Made by a program: the position numbers and the translations under genes. A DNA stretch of 61,591 nucleotides, filler included. It is 4 parts of 4 records of this genome, joined end to end, with 100 filler letters (N's around TTAATTAATTAA, not from the genome) between each part and the next. Parts side by side here need not be neighbours in the genome. Positions count along the whole stretch, not along the records: positions 1 to 22,097 come from SRR31147125_6834; 3 more parts are not named here. One strand, 5' to 3'. The notes beneath the pieces were generated by a model. That model was not told the origin of the DNA, searched no databases, and saw only the letters and a program-made list of their open reading frames with translations. Below, one piece after another: positions 1 through 10,709 of this stretch (positions are counted from its first letter, which is position 1; each line of letters starts with the position of its first letter).

Positions 1-1
1 A

Positions 2-406
2 AAAGAGATCACTTTTTATGCCCGCGATGCCAGAATCAGAGGTGAGGAAGCTCGTTACGATTGGGAATCGCAGAGCGTTTCCGGATTTGTGAAATCAGGT
101 TCGCCTAAAAATGAATTATTTTGGTACCATTTCCCCTATGAAGATGGAGTGTACCACGTTGACATAGAATATGCCTGTGACGACAGTATTGCTGGCAGTG
201 AATTCTATTTTTACAATCAAATGGATTTGCAGAATCGTTACAAGGGAACCATTCAAGGCACTGGCGGTCAATTTAAAATATTTAGATTAAATAACGTGAC
301 TTTTACCAAAAATAACAAGAGAGATAATCGTCTTATCTTCGGATTGACCGAAAACGATAAATCAGCTAATGTGCGAGTGAAGCGGATCATTCTCGGTAAG
401 GAATAG
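2..406 (+). CDS. 5'-truncated CDS; probable C-terminal carbohydrate-binding-like beta-sandwich of a glycoside hydrolase
   Basis: Frame is open from base 2 (KEITFYARDARIRGEEARYDW...) to TAG at 406. The G-x-Y-x-V-x-I-E-Y-A-C...AGS pattern resembles accessory domains of GH29-type enzymes. Confidence 0.4.
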   Translation, partial: KEITFYARDARIRGEEARYDWESQSVSGFVKSGSPKNELFWYHFPYEDGVYHVDIEYACDDSIAGSEFYFYNQMDLQNRYKGTIQGTGGQFKIFRLNNVTFTKNNKRDNRLIFGLTENDKSANVRVKRIILGKE

Positions 407-558
407 TATGAAGAAAAGTAAATTTAAAATTTTAAAATGTTTGATTTACTTTCAACGAATGGATGAATCAAAGTGTTTTTATTATTTTTTATATCAAGTA
501 GTTATTCGGTTTGAAAATTTAAAATCATGAATATTCATTGACTTGAAGGAGAAAATCT

Positions 559-1980
559 ATGTCGCAGAGTAGAAATCGATTAAAAAGACAATGTTCCATG
601 TTGCTACTTTTCACTTTTCTATTTTACATTTCTGCCACAGCAATGGAATCTGTTAAAAAAACAATACCTCTTGATTCAGTAAAAAAAATAATCACAGCTG
701 AAATTTATCAACCGGATTTTCTCTGGGGAGACAGCGGATATACAGCATTACTAGCCACCTCTGATGGGAAAATATATTTTTCCATTGGCACACACAAGAA
801 TGATTATGCAGCTCGGTTTTTTTGTTTTGATCCTGCCACAAAAAAAGTAACAACAATTGCCAAATTGGATGAAATTGTGGGCGAAGATGCAAAAAAGCAG
901 TTTTCTAATGGAAAAATTCATACCCGAATGTTCGAACATAAAGGAAAAATCTGGTTTGCCACTCATACAAGTTTTTATAGCAGAGCTGGCTTGCCAGGCG
1001 TTGAATATAATGGTAAAAAACCATACCTGGGTGGCCATTTTATGAATTATGATCTTTCCACTGGTAAATTTACGGATCTGGCGCAGATATTCTGCCATGA
1101 GGGTATAATTACCATGACAATGGATAAGAAAAATGAAATCCTCTATGGTCTCACATGGCCTTCCGGACTATTGGTGTCCTATGATATCAATAAGGATGAT
1201 TTACGCTATTGGGGTGCTGTTGAGAATCGAGGTGAATGGGGACACCACCCACACGAGTGGGATATGATCTGTCGGACACTGGCTCTGGATCCGAATGGTT
1301 GCCTGTATGGTTCCAATATGGTTGGCCAAATCTGGAAATACGATCCCAAGCAGGACAGACCTGTCAGTTATATTGAAGGACTTGATCTGAAACACGTTCC
1401 TTTTGCACAGTCAACTGAGGCAACCTTAAGAGGGGATTTTAAGCACAACTGGCGAACAATAGAATGGAACCCGAAAACAAACAGTTTCTGGGGCTTGCAT
1501 TTTGAAACGACGGCATTGTTTGAATTTGATCCTTTTACGAATTACATTCGGGCCATTGCGGACATGAGACCTGAAGCTTATCAGGGAATGCCCAGAAATC
1601 CGGAAATTAGTCAGTTGGGATTTACTCTCGGCCCCCAAAATACTTTATTTTATCTCGCCCACGGACCTGAGGTGGTCGTCAAAGGACGCACGGATACACA
1701 ATCGTCTCTTTATTTGTTAACCTACAACATTGATGATAAAAAGTTGATTAATCACGGTCCTATATTCTCGCCGGACAAGAGAAGAGTCTTCTTTGCTGAA
1801 AGCATTGCCATAGGTAAAGATGATCACATTTATACTGTCGCATGGGTTGAGGTGGTTGATCCGGAACGTAAAAAGGCTTTGACGTCTGCCAGGACAGAGG
1901 GATCGCCGGCTGAAACAAAGGGTATGGTCTATGAAATGTTGCTGGTTCAATTACCCACATGGCAGACATTTTTAAACTAG
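559..1980 (+). CDS. Secreted beta-propeller protein, uncharacterised; paralog of 18953-20433
   Basis: 473 aa with signal peptide and GGAG SD upstream. Shares SDGKIY, GKxH, GKxxFATH, GGHFxxYD, HEGIxTM, YGxTWP, RTLC/CRTL and NWR motifs with the paralog. Confidence 0.65.
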   Translation: MSQSRNRLKRQCSMLLLFTFLFYISATAMESVKKTIPLDSVKKIITAEIYQPDFLWGDSGYTALLATSDGKIYFSIGTHKNDYAARFFCFDPATKKVTTIAKLDEIVGEDAKKQFSNGKIHTRMFEHKGKIWFATHTSFYSRAGLPGVEYNGKKPYLGGHFMNYDLSTGKFTDLAQIFCHEGIITMTMDKKNEILYGLTWPSGLLVSYDINKDDLRYWGAVENRGEWGHHPHEWDMICRTLALDPNGCLYGSNMVGQIWKYDPKQDRPVSYIEGLDLKHVPFAQSTEATLRGDFKHNWRTIEWNPKTNSFWGLHFETTALFEFDPFTNYIRAIADMRPEAYQGMPRNPEISQLGFTLGPQNTLFYLAHGPEVVVKGRTDTQSSLYLLTYNIDDKKLINHGPIFSPDKRRVFFAESIAIGKDDHIYTVAWVEVVDPERKKALTSARTEGSPAETKGMVYEMLLVQLPTWQTFLN

Positions 1981-2126
1981 ACCATTTGTTTGATGCTAAT
2001 GAATCTCTGATTCAATTATTGATTTTTATTCTGCATGTATCAGGATTTTTAGTGTGCTGAAAAATTCATGACTGTTTAGTAGAAATAAATTGAGAGACAA
2101 TAAATAGAGATCCGGAAAAAGAGTGT

Positions 2127-3908
2127 ATGATTGAAGATGTTGCGCTAAACTATATTGATTATATTGTTATGGCTGTTTATATGGCAGGGTTGATTGGGAT
2201 GGGTTTGTATTACCGCAAATTTGCCCAGACAGACCTTGAACATTATTTTCTGGGTGGTAGAAAACTGGCGGGGTGGATGAGCGGGACCAGTTACGCGGCA
2301 ACCTCCATGAATGCTGACGTGGCTCCTGCCTATTGCGGTATGACAGTGATAACCGGGGTGTGGATATACTGGTGGTATATCAGCCGTTTCGGTCTGGCTT
2401 TGATGATCGGGGGAATCCTCTTTGCTGTTTTTTGGCGAAAATTGAAAATATTTACATCGCCTGAATTTTATGAAATTCGTTTTTCCGGTACTCCCGGCCT
2501 TGCTATGCGTTCCTGGGTATCTTTACGCAGTGCGTTTATTGCTGTTGTGGCATGGACAGGCGCTGGTTTGTTAGGCCTGGCAAAGGTATCGGAAGGACTT
2601 TTAGGTTGGTCGCGATGGGAAACCTTTGCGCTTGTTATTCCGATAATCCTGGTCTATGTTGTTTTATCCGGATATATCGGTGTGGTCGTCAGTGACGTAG
2701 CCCAAACAGTTATTATCATTTTCTCATCCCTATTACTTATGGGATTGGTCTGGGCTGATTTTGGTGGACCAGGCGGATTGTATTCGGTGTTGGTTGATCA
2801 ATTTGGTAATAGTGTTGTGGACTGGAAACCACCGGCAAGTCACGAGATGCTGGGTATTATTGGTATTATAGCCTGGACAATCGGCACAGCCGTTGGTTAT
2901 GGTGGAGACGTAGCGCCAATGGCGGGCGCCATGGAAGGCCAGCGTCTTTTATCTTGCAAAAACAGCAGGGAAGCATCTAAAATGTATGTCTGGACACAGA
3001 TTATTTTATTTTTTATGCTCGCTGTTTTAACATTACCCGCACTTGGAGCTATGGCAAAATGGCCGGGATTGCACACGGGCGCTATAAATAAAGAACTGGC
3101 TTATGGCATGTTGCTCGGTCACTATATGCCTGCCGGATTATTGGGATTAGCTTTGGTTGGCATGTCTGCCTCAATCATGTCCACTGTGGATTCGAATATG
3201 AATTTTGGCGCTCAGGTATTTATTAATGATATTTACCGACGTTCACTAGTCCGAAACGCTTCGGTGAAACATTATATGACTGTGGGTAAGGTGGTTATGC
3301 TTGTCATAATGGCAATGGCTGTTGTTGTCGCTACAACGGCACAAAACGTGATCGATATTTCGGTTTTTATGCTGGGATTATCATCGGCTGAATTAACCGC
3401 AAACTGGGGACAATGGTGGTGGTGGCGATTCAATGGGCCTGCCAGACTGACCGCATCCTTTGGCGGGCCGATTATCTTTTTAATCAATAAATTTATCATT
3501 TTTGAGCATTTTATTCATGCCGGACAAGATGCGGCCTATTTAGTGGTCCTGAGTTCCATCGGGATAACATTTATTGCCTGGGTTTTGGTTGCATTTTTCA
3601 CAAAACCGGAACCGGAAGAAACATTGATTGCATTTTATAAACGTGCTAAACCAATGGGGTTTTGGGGGCCTATTGCTCAAAAAACACAAGATACTTCCTT
3701 TGGTTCACAACTCATTTTTAAAGGATTGGGAATTGCGCTGTTAGGTGCTGTGACTGTTTCAAGTGCTATAATTGCATTTTCAGCGCTTTATATCTCGCAA
3801 TTTTTAATTGCTCTGTACGCGTCTATTGTTGTTATATCAGCAGGATTGTTATTCAAGAAAACATTTGGCAGATATGTGTCCAATATTATTCAGAAACAAG
3901 AGAACTAG
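2127..3908 (+). CDS. Sodium:solute symporter (SSS) family transporter
   Basis: 593 aa polytopic membrane protein. Motifs DYIVMAVY, YFLGGRKL, EFYEIRF, Y..LSG..GVV.SD..Q and ASIMSTVDS. Confidence 0.9.
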   Translation: MIEDVALNYIDYIVMAVYMAGLIGMGLYYRKFAQTDLEHYFLGGRKLAGWMSGTSYAATSMNADVAPAYCGMTVITGVWIYWWYISRFGLALMIGGILFAVFWRKLKIFTSPEFYEIRFSGTPGLAMRSWVSLRSAFIAVVAWTGAGLLGLAKVSEGLLGWSRWETFALVIPIILVYVVLSGYIGVVVSDVAQTVIIIFSSLLLMGLVWADFGGPGGLYSVLVDQFGNSVVDWKPPASHEMLGIIGIIAWTIGTAVGYGGDVAPMAGAMEGQRLLSCKNSREASKMYVWTQIILFFMLAVLTLPALGAMAKWPGLHTGAINKELAYGMLLGHYMPAGLLGLALVGMSASIMSTVDSNMNFGAQVFINDIYRRSLVRNASVKHYMTVGKVVMLVIMAMAVVVATTAQNVIDISVFMLGLSSAELTANWGQWWWWRFNGPARLTASFGGPIIFLINKFIIFEHFIHAGQDAAYLVVLSSIGITFIAWVLVAFFTKPEPEETLIAFYKRAKPMGFWGPIAQKTQDTSFGSQLIFKGLGIALLGAVTVSSAIIAFSALYISQFLIALYASIVVISAGLLFKKTFGRYVSNIIQKQEN

Positions 3909-3929
3909 AACCATAAAAGGTTATTTATT

Positions 3930-6074
3930 ATGAAAAAAATGATTTTAGGTAGCATACTCGTTATTCTTATTATAGTGGTTGTTTTTAATTTTTTGAATAC
4001 AAAAGACAACACTTTTATATTTGTATGCAACGAAGAGAATGATCTATACAACGCTCTTATGGAATCAGGGCGGAAATATCAAAGGGTTGAATCTGCCGAT
4101 GAGGCCATAAGAGAAGCCCTCCCTGGTTCAGGAGTTCTCATTTTAGCCGATAATTATCCGGATCAGAACGTTCAATTGCCTGAGGCTTTTTATGACCAGG
4201 CGAAAAATAAAAATCTAAGAGTGTATGTCGAATATCCTGAAAGTTTGCCCGGGCTCAAAACAGGTCCGGTACAGAAAATTGAAAAGGAGAGAGGTGTAAT
4301 TACAACCGATCTGTTTGGAGAGGCTTTACAGAAAATGCGCATTGTGATGATACATGATTGTCATTATGTGAATGTAATCGCTGAAAATCCATTTATCGTA
4401 ATGGCGAAAATGGCTGGATTCGATACAGCTTTGTATGGACTTGATAGTACAAAAACTTTTCCTATACTTTTTGAATATCCGGGCTCCAATATCCTCGTTT
4501 CCACGACAAAACTCAGTCATTTTATCACCGGGCGGTATTCTCCCAAAGATGCCTGGAAACCCATCTGGATATTTATTTTTAACTGGTTACAGCCAGATAA
4601 GAAAGTGCCCGGGTTTGATTGGACCGAAGCGGTTCGTCCCACCTTTGACAAAGATGAAAAAATAACAAAAAAGAGACGTTTACAGGCAGTTTATCGGGGC
4701 ATTGATTGGTATTATAAAAGCGGGATGTTGACAAATGATAGTGATATAGATGAAAAGAAGAATGAAAACACAAAATCAAAGAGCACTCGGAATCAAATCG
4801 ATTATGGGAAAAAAGGTATTAAAGAGTGTTTTCTTTCTAAAATTAAGTATAACGGATCGCAAACTGTCAGCGAAAGCCGGCGTGCCGATTGCGCCAGTGA
4901 AGCTTCTATGGCGATTGCCATGAACAGTTTTCTGACACCGAATCAACGTGATAAAAAAACAGCAGCTAATTTGCAGGATTTTATTTATTTAAACTCTTCA
5001 GTGCAACAGGGACCTCGGGGTCGCGCCAACAGTCCTTCTTTTGGATTTGTTGACTGGTTTGTCCGTGCTGATGATGATAAAGGTGTTTACTATAGTGATG
5101 ATAACGCCAGGGTGATATTGGGAACGCTTGTGGCTTCTGCGGCGCTGAAAACGGAGCGCTGGAATGAGGGTATGCTCAAAGCCATTCTGGCTAATTTTCG
5201 AACAACCGGCCCATCAGGTTTTAAGCCGAGGAGACTCGAAGAGCCGGACCTGCAAAAATTAGGATGGGAACATTACTGGCATGATGAGTACGTTCATTAT
5301 GCGCCGCATTATCAATCATGGATCTGGGCGACATTTCTTTGGCTATATGATAAAACAAAATATGCTCCCTTGCTGCAACGTTCTAAAATTGGCATAAAAA
5401 ACATGATGGAAGCTTATCCTGATAAATGGCATTGGACAAACGGATTGCAACAAGAACGGGCCCGGATGGTTTTACCATTGGCCTGGTTGCTTCGTTTAGA
5501 GGATACCGATGAACATAGAACCTGGCTTTATAAAATCGTTGATGATTTACTGTCTTTTCAGGATGAAAGCGGAGCCATTCGTGAAGATCTTGGCAGCGTC
5601 GGTTTTGGTAAATATGCACCGCCAGCATCAAATGCGGCTTATGGTACGAATGAAGCGCCCCTTATTCAGGAAAATGGTGATCCTTTAGCGGATATGTTGT
5701 ATACCTCCAATTTTGCGATTTTCAGTCTGACAGAAGCGGCCGCGGCCACTGGTGATGATAAAATTAAAAAAGCAGCGGAAAAACTGGCTGATTTTTTGGT
5801 AAGAATACAGGTACGTTCCGAAAGTCATCCGGAATTGGATGGTGCCTGGTACCGCGCTTTTGATTTTAAGCGCTGGGAATACTGGGGATCCAATGCCGAT
5901 GCAGGTTGGGGCGTCTGGAGTACTGAGACGGGCTGGACGCAAGCATGGATCGCAACCATGCAGATGATGAACGAGCTTAATACTACTGTTTGGGATTTCA
6001 CTGCGAACAGCAATATTTCTGTTTCTTTTGAAAAATATCGGCAAATGATGCTACCTGAATCGGTTGTAAAGTAA
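3930..6074 (+). CDS. Uncharacterised exported protein with probable helical (alpha/alpha-barrel-like) C-terminal catalytic domain
   Basis: 714 aa with N-terminal hydrophobic anchor. Trp/acidic-rich motifs YSDDNAR, QQERARM, ADMLYTSNFA and LDGAWYRAFD..RWEYWGSNADAGWGVWSTETGW. Confidence 0.5.
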   Translation: MKKMILGSILVILIIVVVFNFLNTKDNTFIFVCNEENDLYNALMESGRKYQRVESADEAIREALPGSGVLILADNYPDQNVQLPEAFYDQAKNKNLRVYVEYPESLPGLKTGPVQKIEKERGVITTDLFGEALQKMRIVMIHDCHYVNVIAENPFIVMAKMAGFDTALYGLDSTKTFPILFEYPGSNILVSTTKLSHFITGRYSPKDAWKPIWIFIFNWLQPDKKVPGFDWTEAVRPTFDKDEKITKKRRLQAVYRGIDWYYKSGMLTNDSDIDEKKNENTKSKSTRNQIDYGKKGIKECFLSKIKYNGSQTVSESRRADCASEASMAIAMNSFLTPNQRDKKTAANLQDFIYLNSSVQQGPRGRANSPSFGFVDWFVRADDDKGVYYSDDNARVILGTLVASAALKTERWNEGMLKAILANFRTTGPSGFKPRRLEEPDLQKLGWEHYWHDEYVHYAPHYQSWIWATFLWLYDKTKYAPLLQRSKIGIKNMMEAYPDKWHWTNGLQQERARMVLPLAWLLRLEDTDEHRTWLYKIVDDLLSFQDESGAIREDLGSVGFGKYAPPASNAAYGTNEAPLIQENGDPLADMLYTSNFAIFSLTEAAAATGDDKIKKAAEKLADFLVRIQVRSESHPELDGAWYRAFDFKRWEYWGSNADAGWGVWSTETGWTQAWIATMQMMNELNTTVWDFTANSNISVSFEKYRQMMLPESVVK

Positions 6075-6101
6075 CATAATTAATTAACTATTATAGAATG
6101 G

Positions 6102-8897
6102 GTGTTATCCATGAGATCTGTACTTTTAATTTGTTTAACAAGCCTGTATTTTGTTGTTGCAGGTTGTTTTAATCAAACCACCAAATTCATTGCCATAAAT
6201 AAAGTTTTATGCGAATATGCTGAAAATCCAATAGGCTTGGATTCTACCCATCCACGATTCAGTTGGACTTTAGAATCCAGTTCGCGTGGACAAAAACAGA
6301 CCGCGTTTCAGGTTCTGGTCGCGACGAGTGAAGATAAACTAACAAAAAAGATCGGAGATGCGTGGGACAGCGGTAAGGTGGAGTCGGATCAATCAGCAAA
6401 CGTACTGTACGACGGCATACAGTTGTTAAGTAACCGTACCTATTATTGGAAAGTACGTGTTTGGGATCGAGACAGCGTAGTATCGAAATACAGTAAACTC
6501 GCACAGTTTAGTGTTGCGCTCCTTGACGAAAAGGAGTGGCAAGCGCACTGGATCGGCAATAACATGCCTAAAGAGCCACGGAACGCCCGTGGGTATTTCG
6601 ACAGTCCGAAGGATCCGCTGGCCACGGATGTACAGGTGGATGAACGCTCAATGTTGCTGCGGAAAAAATTTGTAGTGGACAAATCGATTAAAAATGCCAG
6701 GATTTATGTGTGCGGTTTGGGGTATTACGAATTGAGTTTAAATGGGATTAAAGTTGGAAATAAAGTTCTTAATCCGGCTAAAACCAACTATCGCAGAGAA
6801 ATTCTGTACGATACCTATGATGTGACCAATCTCCTGTCTAGCGGGACGAATGCTGTTGGTATTCATGTGGGCAACGGTTGGTTTAATCCATATAAAAGGA
6901 GATGGCTTTGGAATATGCAGTGGTTTGGTGCCAAACGCGCTATTTTTCAACTTGCCATTGAATTTAATGATGGTTCAACGAAAACCGTTCTGTCCGATGA
7001 TTCCTGGAAAACCGCACCCGGGCCTGTCGTTTCAAGCTGTATTTATGACGGTGAAATTTATGATGCAAATCTTGAAGAAGAAGATTGGGATCAACCTAAT
7101 TATGATGATGCTGCCTGGGAAAAAGTAAATATTGTTGAGGCTCCAGGTGGAAAAATGATTTCACAAATGATGGAACCGATTAAAGTGATTCAAACCATCA
7201 AACCTGTTGTTTTAAACAATCCTCAACCCGGGGTCTATGTCTATGATATGGGACAGAATTTTTCTGGTTGGGCGCGATTAAAGGTGCAAGGTGAAAAGGG
7301 AACCAGAATCAACCTTAGGTTCGCTGAGAATTTATTTGAAAACGGTATGATCGACACAACCAGCATGAATAAGGCTAAATCCACTGATACCTATATCCTG
7401 AAGGGCAAAGGTGCTGAAATATATGAACCTACCTTTACCTTCCACGGATTTCGTTATGTTCAGGTGACCGGTTTCCCCGGTGAACCATGTTCTGACAATC
7501 TTGAAGGCTGTGTTGTGCACTCTGCCGTTGAGCCTACCGGTCATTTTACCTGCAGCAGTGATGAGATTAATCACCTGCATCAATGTATTCTCTGGTCGCA
7601 AAAAAGTAATCTGATGGGAATCCCAAGTGATTGCCCTCAACGAGATGAACGTCTGGGGTGGCTGGGTGATGCCCACGTAACAGCTGAAGAAGCCATGTTT
7701 AATTTTTATATGCCGCTTTTTTATAAAAACTGGCTTGAAGGTATTCAATCGAATCAGAATAAAAAGACAGGAGATGTTCCTTTTATTTCACCCTGGGTGT
7801 ACAGGGAGCATGGAACCCCGGCATGGAGCAGTGGCTACCTGTTAATCCTTTGGTATTATTATTTGTATTATAATGATGCTAATATTATCGCTGAGCATTT
7901 TGACAGTATGAAGTACTATGTCGATTTTCTTCACTCTCAAGCAAAAGATTATATTTTGCCGCATGATAGATATGGTGACTGGGTTAGCGTGACAAAGGAT
8001 TGGAAGAGAGGTAAGCCGGAATCTGTGGCCACAGGGTATTTTTATTATGATGCGCTCATTGTTGCGAAAGCAGCACGGGTGTTGGGCTTGTCAGATGATG
8101 CACATTATTATGCAAATCTTGCTGAGAAAATCAGGGCGTCTTACAATAAGCGATTTTTTAATCCTGAAACAAATCAATATGAAAACGGAAGCCAAATGTC
8201 AAATGCCTTTCCTTTGTTTTTAGGCATCGTTCAGAAAAATCACAAAGAGGCTGTTTTAAAAAACCTTGTTGAGGATATCACTGTCAATCACAAGGGTCAT
8301 TTAACAACCGGCATTTTGGGTACAAAATACATGATTGAGGCTCTAATGAAAGAACGGCGGACAGACATCGCCTATCAGTTAGTAACACAGACCGGTTATC
8401 CCGGTTGGTTTGATATGATTAAAAACAGAACCACACTTTCCGAGCGTTGGAATTTACGCGGATCCAATAATCATGTCATGTTTGGCAGTATAGATACCTG
8501 GTTTTACAGAACCCTTGCTGGAATCAATATTGATGAAGCGCATCCGGGATTTGAGCATATAATTATCAAGCCGGTTATTACACAAGATTTATCTTTTGTC
8601 GATGCGGGCCTCAAGACGACCCGGGGAAAAGTCTCAAGCAGATGGGACTATACGGACGGGGATCTCAGGTTGCGCGTTGTCATTCCGGTGAATAGCTCTG
8701 CAACGGTATACATCCCGGCTCAGGACAAAGTGAGCATCACTGAAAGCGGACAATTGGCCGGATCTTCCCCAGGTGTGAGGTTTATTCAATCAGAGAAGCA
8801 TTGTGCGGTATTCCGCGTTGGATCTGGCGAATATGATTTTATCTCAAAAAATGTTCAGGACATACTTCCAAAGCTCAATACAGCTCTGCCGAAATAG
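6102..8897 (+). CDS. Alpha-L-rhamnosidase, GH78
   Basis: CEYAENPIGLD..PRFSW N-terminus, CGLGYYEL, YDMGQNFSG, FTFHGFRY, catalytic-region SDCPQRDERLGWLGD, TTLSERW and SNNHVMFG. Start is GTG 6102 or ATG 6111. Confidence 0.95.
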   Translation: MLSMRSVLLICLTSLYFVVAGCFNQTTKFIAINKVLCEYAENPIGLDSTHPRFSWTLESSSRGQKQTAFQVLVATSEDKLTKKIGDAWDSGKVESDQSANVLYDGIQLLSNRTYYWKVRVWDRDSVVSKYSKLAQFSVALLDEKEWQAHWIGNNMPKEPRNARGYFDSPKDPLATDVQVDERSMLLRKKFVVDKSIKNARIYVCGLGYYELSLNGIKVGNKVLNPAKTNYRREILYDTYDVTNLLSSGTNAVGIHVGNGWFNPYKRRWLWNMQWFGAKRAIFQLAIEFNDGSTKTVLSDDSWKTAPGPVVSSCIYDGEIYDANLEEEDWDQPNYDDAAWEKVNIVEAPGGKMISQMMEPIKVIQTIKPVVLNNPQPGVYVYDMGQNFSGWARLKVQGEKGTRINLRFAENLFENGMIDTTSMNKAKSTDTYILKGKGAEIYEPTFTFHGFRYVQVTGFPGEPCSDNLEGCVVHSAVEPTGHFTCSSDEINHLHQCILWSQKSNLMGIPSDCPQRDERLGWLGDAHVTAEEAMFNFYMPLFYKNWLEGIQSNQNKKTGDVPFISPWVYREHGTPAWSSGYLLILWYYYLYYNDANIIAEHFDSMKYYVDFLHSQAKDYILPHDRYGDWVSVTKDWKRGKPESVATGYFYYDALIVAKAARVLGLSDDAHYYANLAEKIRASYNKRFFNPETNQYENGSQMSNAFPLFLGIVQKNHKEAVLKNLVEDITVNHKGHLTTGILGTKYMIEALMKERRTDIAYQLVTQTGYPGWFDMIKNRTTLSERWNLRGSNNHVMFGSIDTWFYRTLAGINIDEAHPGFEHIIIKPVITQDLSFVDAGLKTTRGKVSSRWDYTDGDLRLRVVIPVNSSATVYIPAQDKVSITESGQLAGSSPGVRFIQSEKHCAVFRVGSGEYDFISKNVQDILPKLNTALPK

Positions 8898-9265
8898 ATG
8901 CTGAGGAGATGATCTTTTTTAGCGAAAGCCCATAGTTGTAAATCTAATGTGTGGTGAAAAAATGTGATGATCTCCGGATATCGAGCCAACCAAAAATTGC
9001 TGTAAAATAAAAAAATAGGTTCGTCTGTACATACTTTATGCTGGAAATGTAGGCAAAATAATTTCGTACCAATTAAATATCAAAAAGGGGTTGGAAAAGG
9101 TGATATATAATGTGCAATGGTGGATGTATGGGAAAAATTACTAGTGCCTTATATGGGAAGGAAACAAATCGGCGTCGAGCCTTGCGTAAATTAATAACAG
9201 TTCAATTAAATTAACTAATAACGAGGAATAGTATAATGGTAAAACAAGCTAATGAGGAGGTTCTA

Positions 9266-10582
9266 ATGATGAAACTTTCTGCACAAATTATTTCAAAAAT
9301 ACGATTCTTGAAATGCCCCAGGTATCTGTTTTGGGAAATCGTGATTTTATTTATTGCGGTACCCGGTTTATTGTTCGCGTCAAGTTTACAAAATCTTGGC
9401 AGGGCATCAATTCATCCGTCAATCGTAAATTTAAAACCAGGAGAACAACAAAAATTCAAAGTGGTGAAAATGGCCACACCCTCCAAACCTGCCAGGTTGG
9501 CTGAACAAGTAAAATGGTCTGTAAATGACATTCCTGGCGGTAATCAAAAGGTCGGAATTATCAGCTCTGGTGGTGTGTACACAGCGCCCGCAAAAGTCCC
9601 GTCACCGCATGAAATCCATATTGTTGGTCAGGTGGAAGGTGTAAAAAATAGAAAGTTATTTGCCACAGTTATTATGGCGCCTGAAAAGCCTTTATATGAA
9701 ATGATCTTTGAATATACCGAACCGATAGATGGTTCGGAACATTTTACAAATCCACACTGTATTGCTATGGATAAAGATGGAAATTTATTGATCGCTGACT
9801 ATGATGGCAGTCGTGTGCTGCGGTTTACACCGGATGGTAAATTCATTGGTGATATAGGCACCGGGATCGGCGAAGAACCAGGTCAAATATATTTACCAAG
9901 GGTTGTTATCGCTGACAAATATGGTGATATTTATGTCAGTGATCAAAAAAAGTTTGGAACCCGTGTTCAAGTATTCAGTCATGAAGGCGAATTGCTACGA
10001 TCGTTCGGTGAAAAGGGTACTGCGCCAGGCGAAATTCTTCGTTCGCATGGTATTGGGTTTGACAGCCAGGATCGTGTGTTTGTCGTTGATATAGATAATA
10101 TGATAGTGAATATCTATACTCATGAAGGTGAATTTGTTAAAACATGGGGTCGGGATGGTCCCTACCTTGAGGATTTTAATGCGCCGCATGGTTTGTTTGT
10201 AGATGCGAATGATGACGTTTTTACCTCCAGCTACTATGGTGCTCTAAAGAAATTTGATGTAGATGGCCATTTCCTTTTTAATTGCTTTGAGTCTGAGCCA
10301 CCAGAGGGTTCCGTTTATATCCACTCCATTGCCGGAGACCATTGGGGTAATGTATATGCTATGGTACGTGGCTCAAGAGGATACGGCGGGGAAGTTGAAG
10401 TCACGGAAGGCAAGGTCGTGAGTATGGAAAAATTTAATAATAATGGTGACTATGTTGGTGCATTGTCTCTGAAGGTAAAGGCACATGCTGAAAACTGGGT
10501 CTATGTGGATGAGAAGGACTACGTATATTTTATTTATCGAGGTAAAGATAAAATGGGATTTGAGATTTTTGCCCCACAATAA
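9266..10582 (+). CDS. Secreted Ig-like + NHL-repeat beta-propeller protein (type A, copy 1)
   Basis: GAGGAGG SD before ATG 9266. Ig-like WSVNDIPGGN..G.YTAP segment, NHL blades (FGEKGTAPGEI, FNAPHGL) and terminal KFNNNGD motif. Confidence 0.8.
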   Translation: MMKLSAQIISKIRFLKCPRYLFWEIVILFIAVPGLLFASSLQNLGRASIHPSIVNLKPGEQQKFKVVKMATPSKPARLAEQVKWSVNDIPGGNQKVGIISSGGVYTAPAKVPSPHEIHIVGQVEGVKNRKLFATVIMAPEKPLYEMIFEYTEPIDGSEHFTNPHCIAMDKDGNLLIADYDGSRVLRFTPDGKFIGDIGTGIGEEPGQIYLPRVVIADKYGDIYVSDQKKFGTRVQVFSHEGELLRSFGEKGTAPGEILRSHGIGFDSQDRVFVVDIDNMIVNIYTHEGEFVKTWGRDGPYLEDFNAPHGLFVDANDDVFTSSYYGALKKFDVDGHFLFNCFESEPPEGSVYIHSIAGDHWGNVYAMVRGSRGYGGEVEVTEGKVVSMEKFNNNGDYVGALSLKVKAHAENWVYVDEKDYVYFIYRGKDKMGFEIFAPQ

Positions 10583-10709
10583 AAATATTTGTTATTCCTG
10601 ATCAATTAGTGCTAAGATTTTTAGTGTTACAAGATGGAAACTGCAAAATCAGGTTATTTTTAAACAGATTATCGTTTCTTTTAAATATTATAAAAGGAGT
10701 AACTAAATA

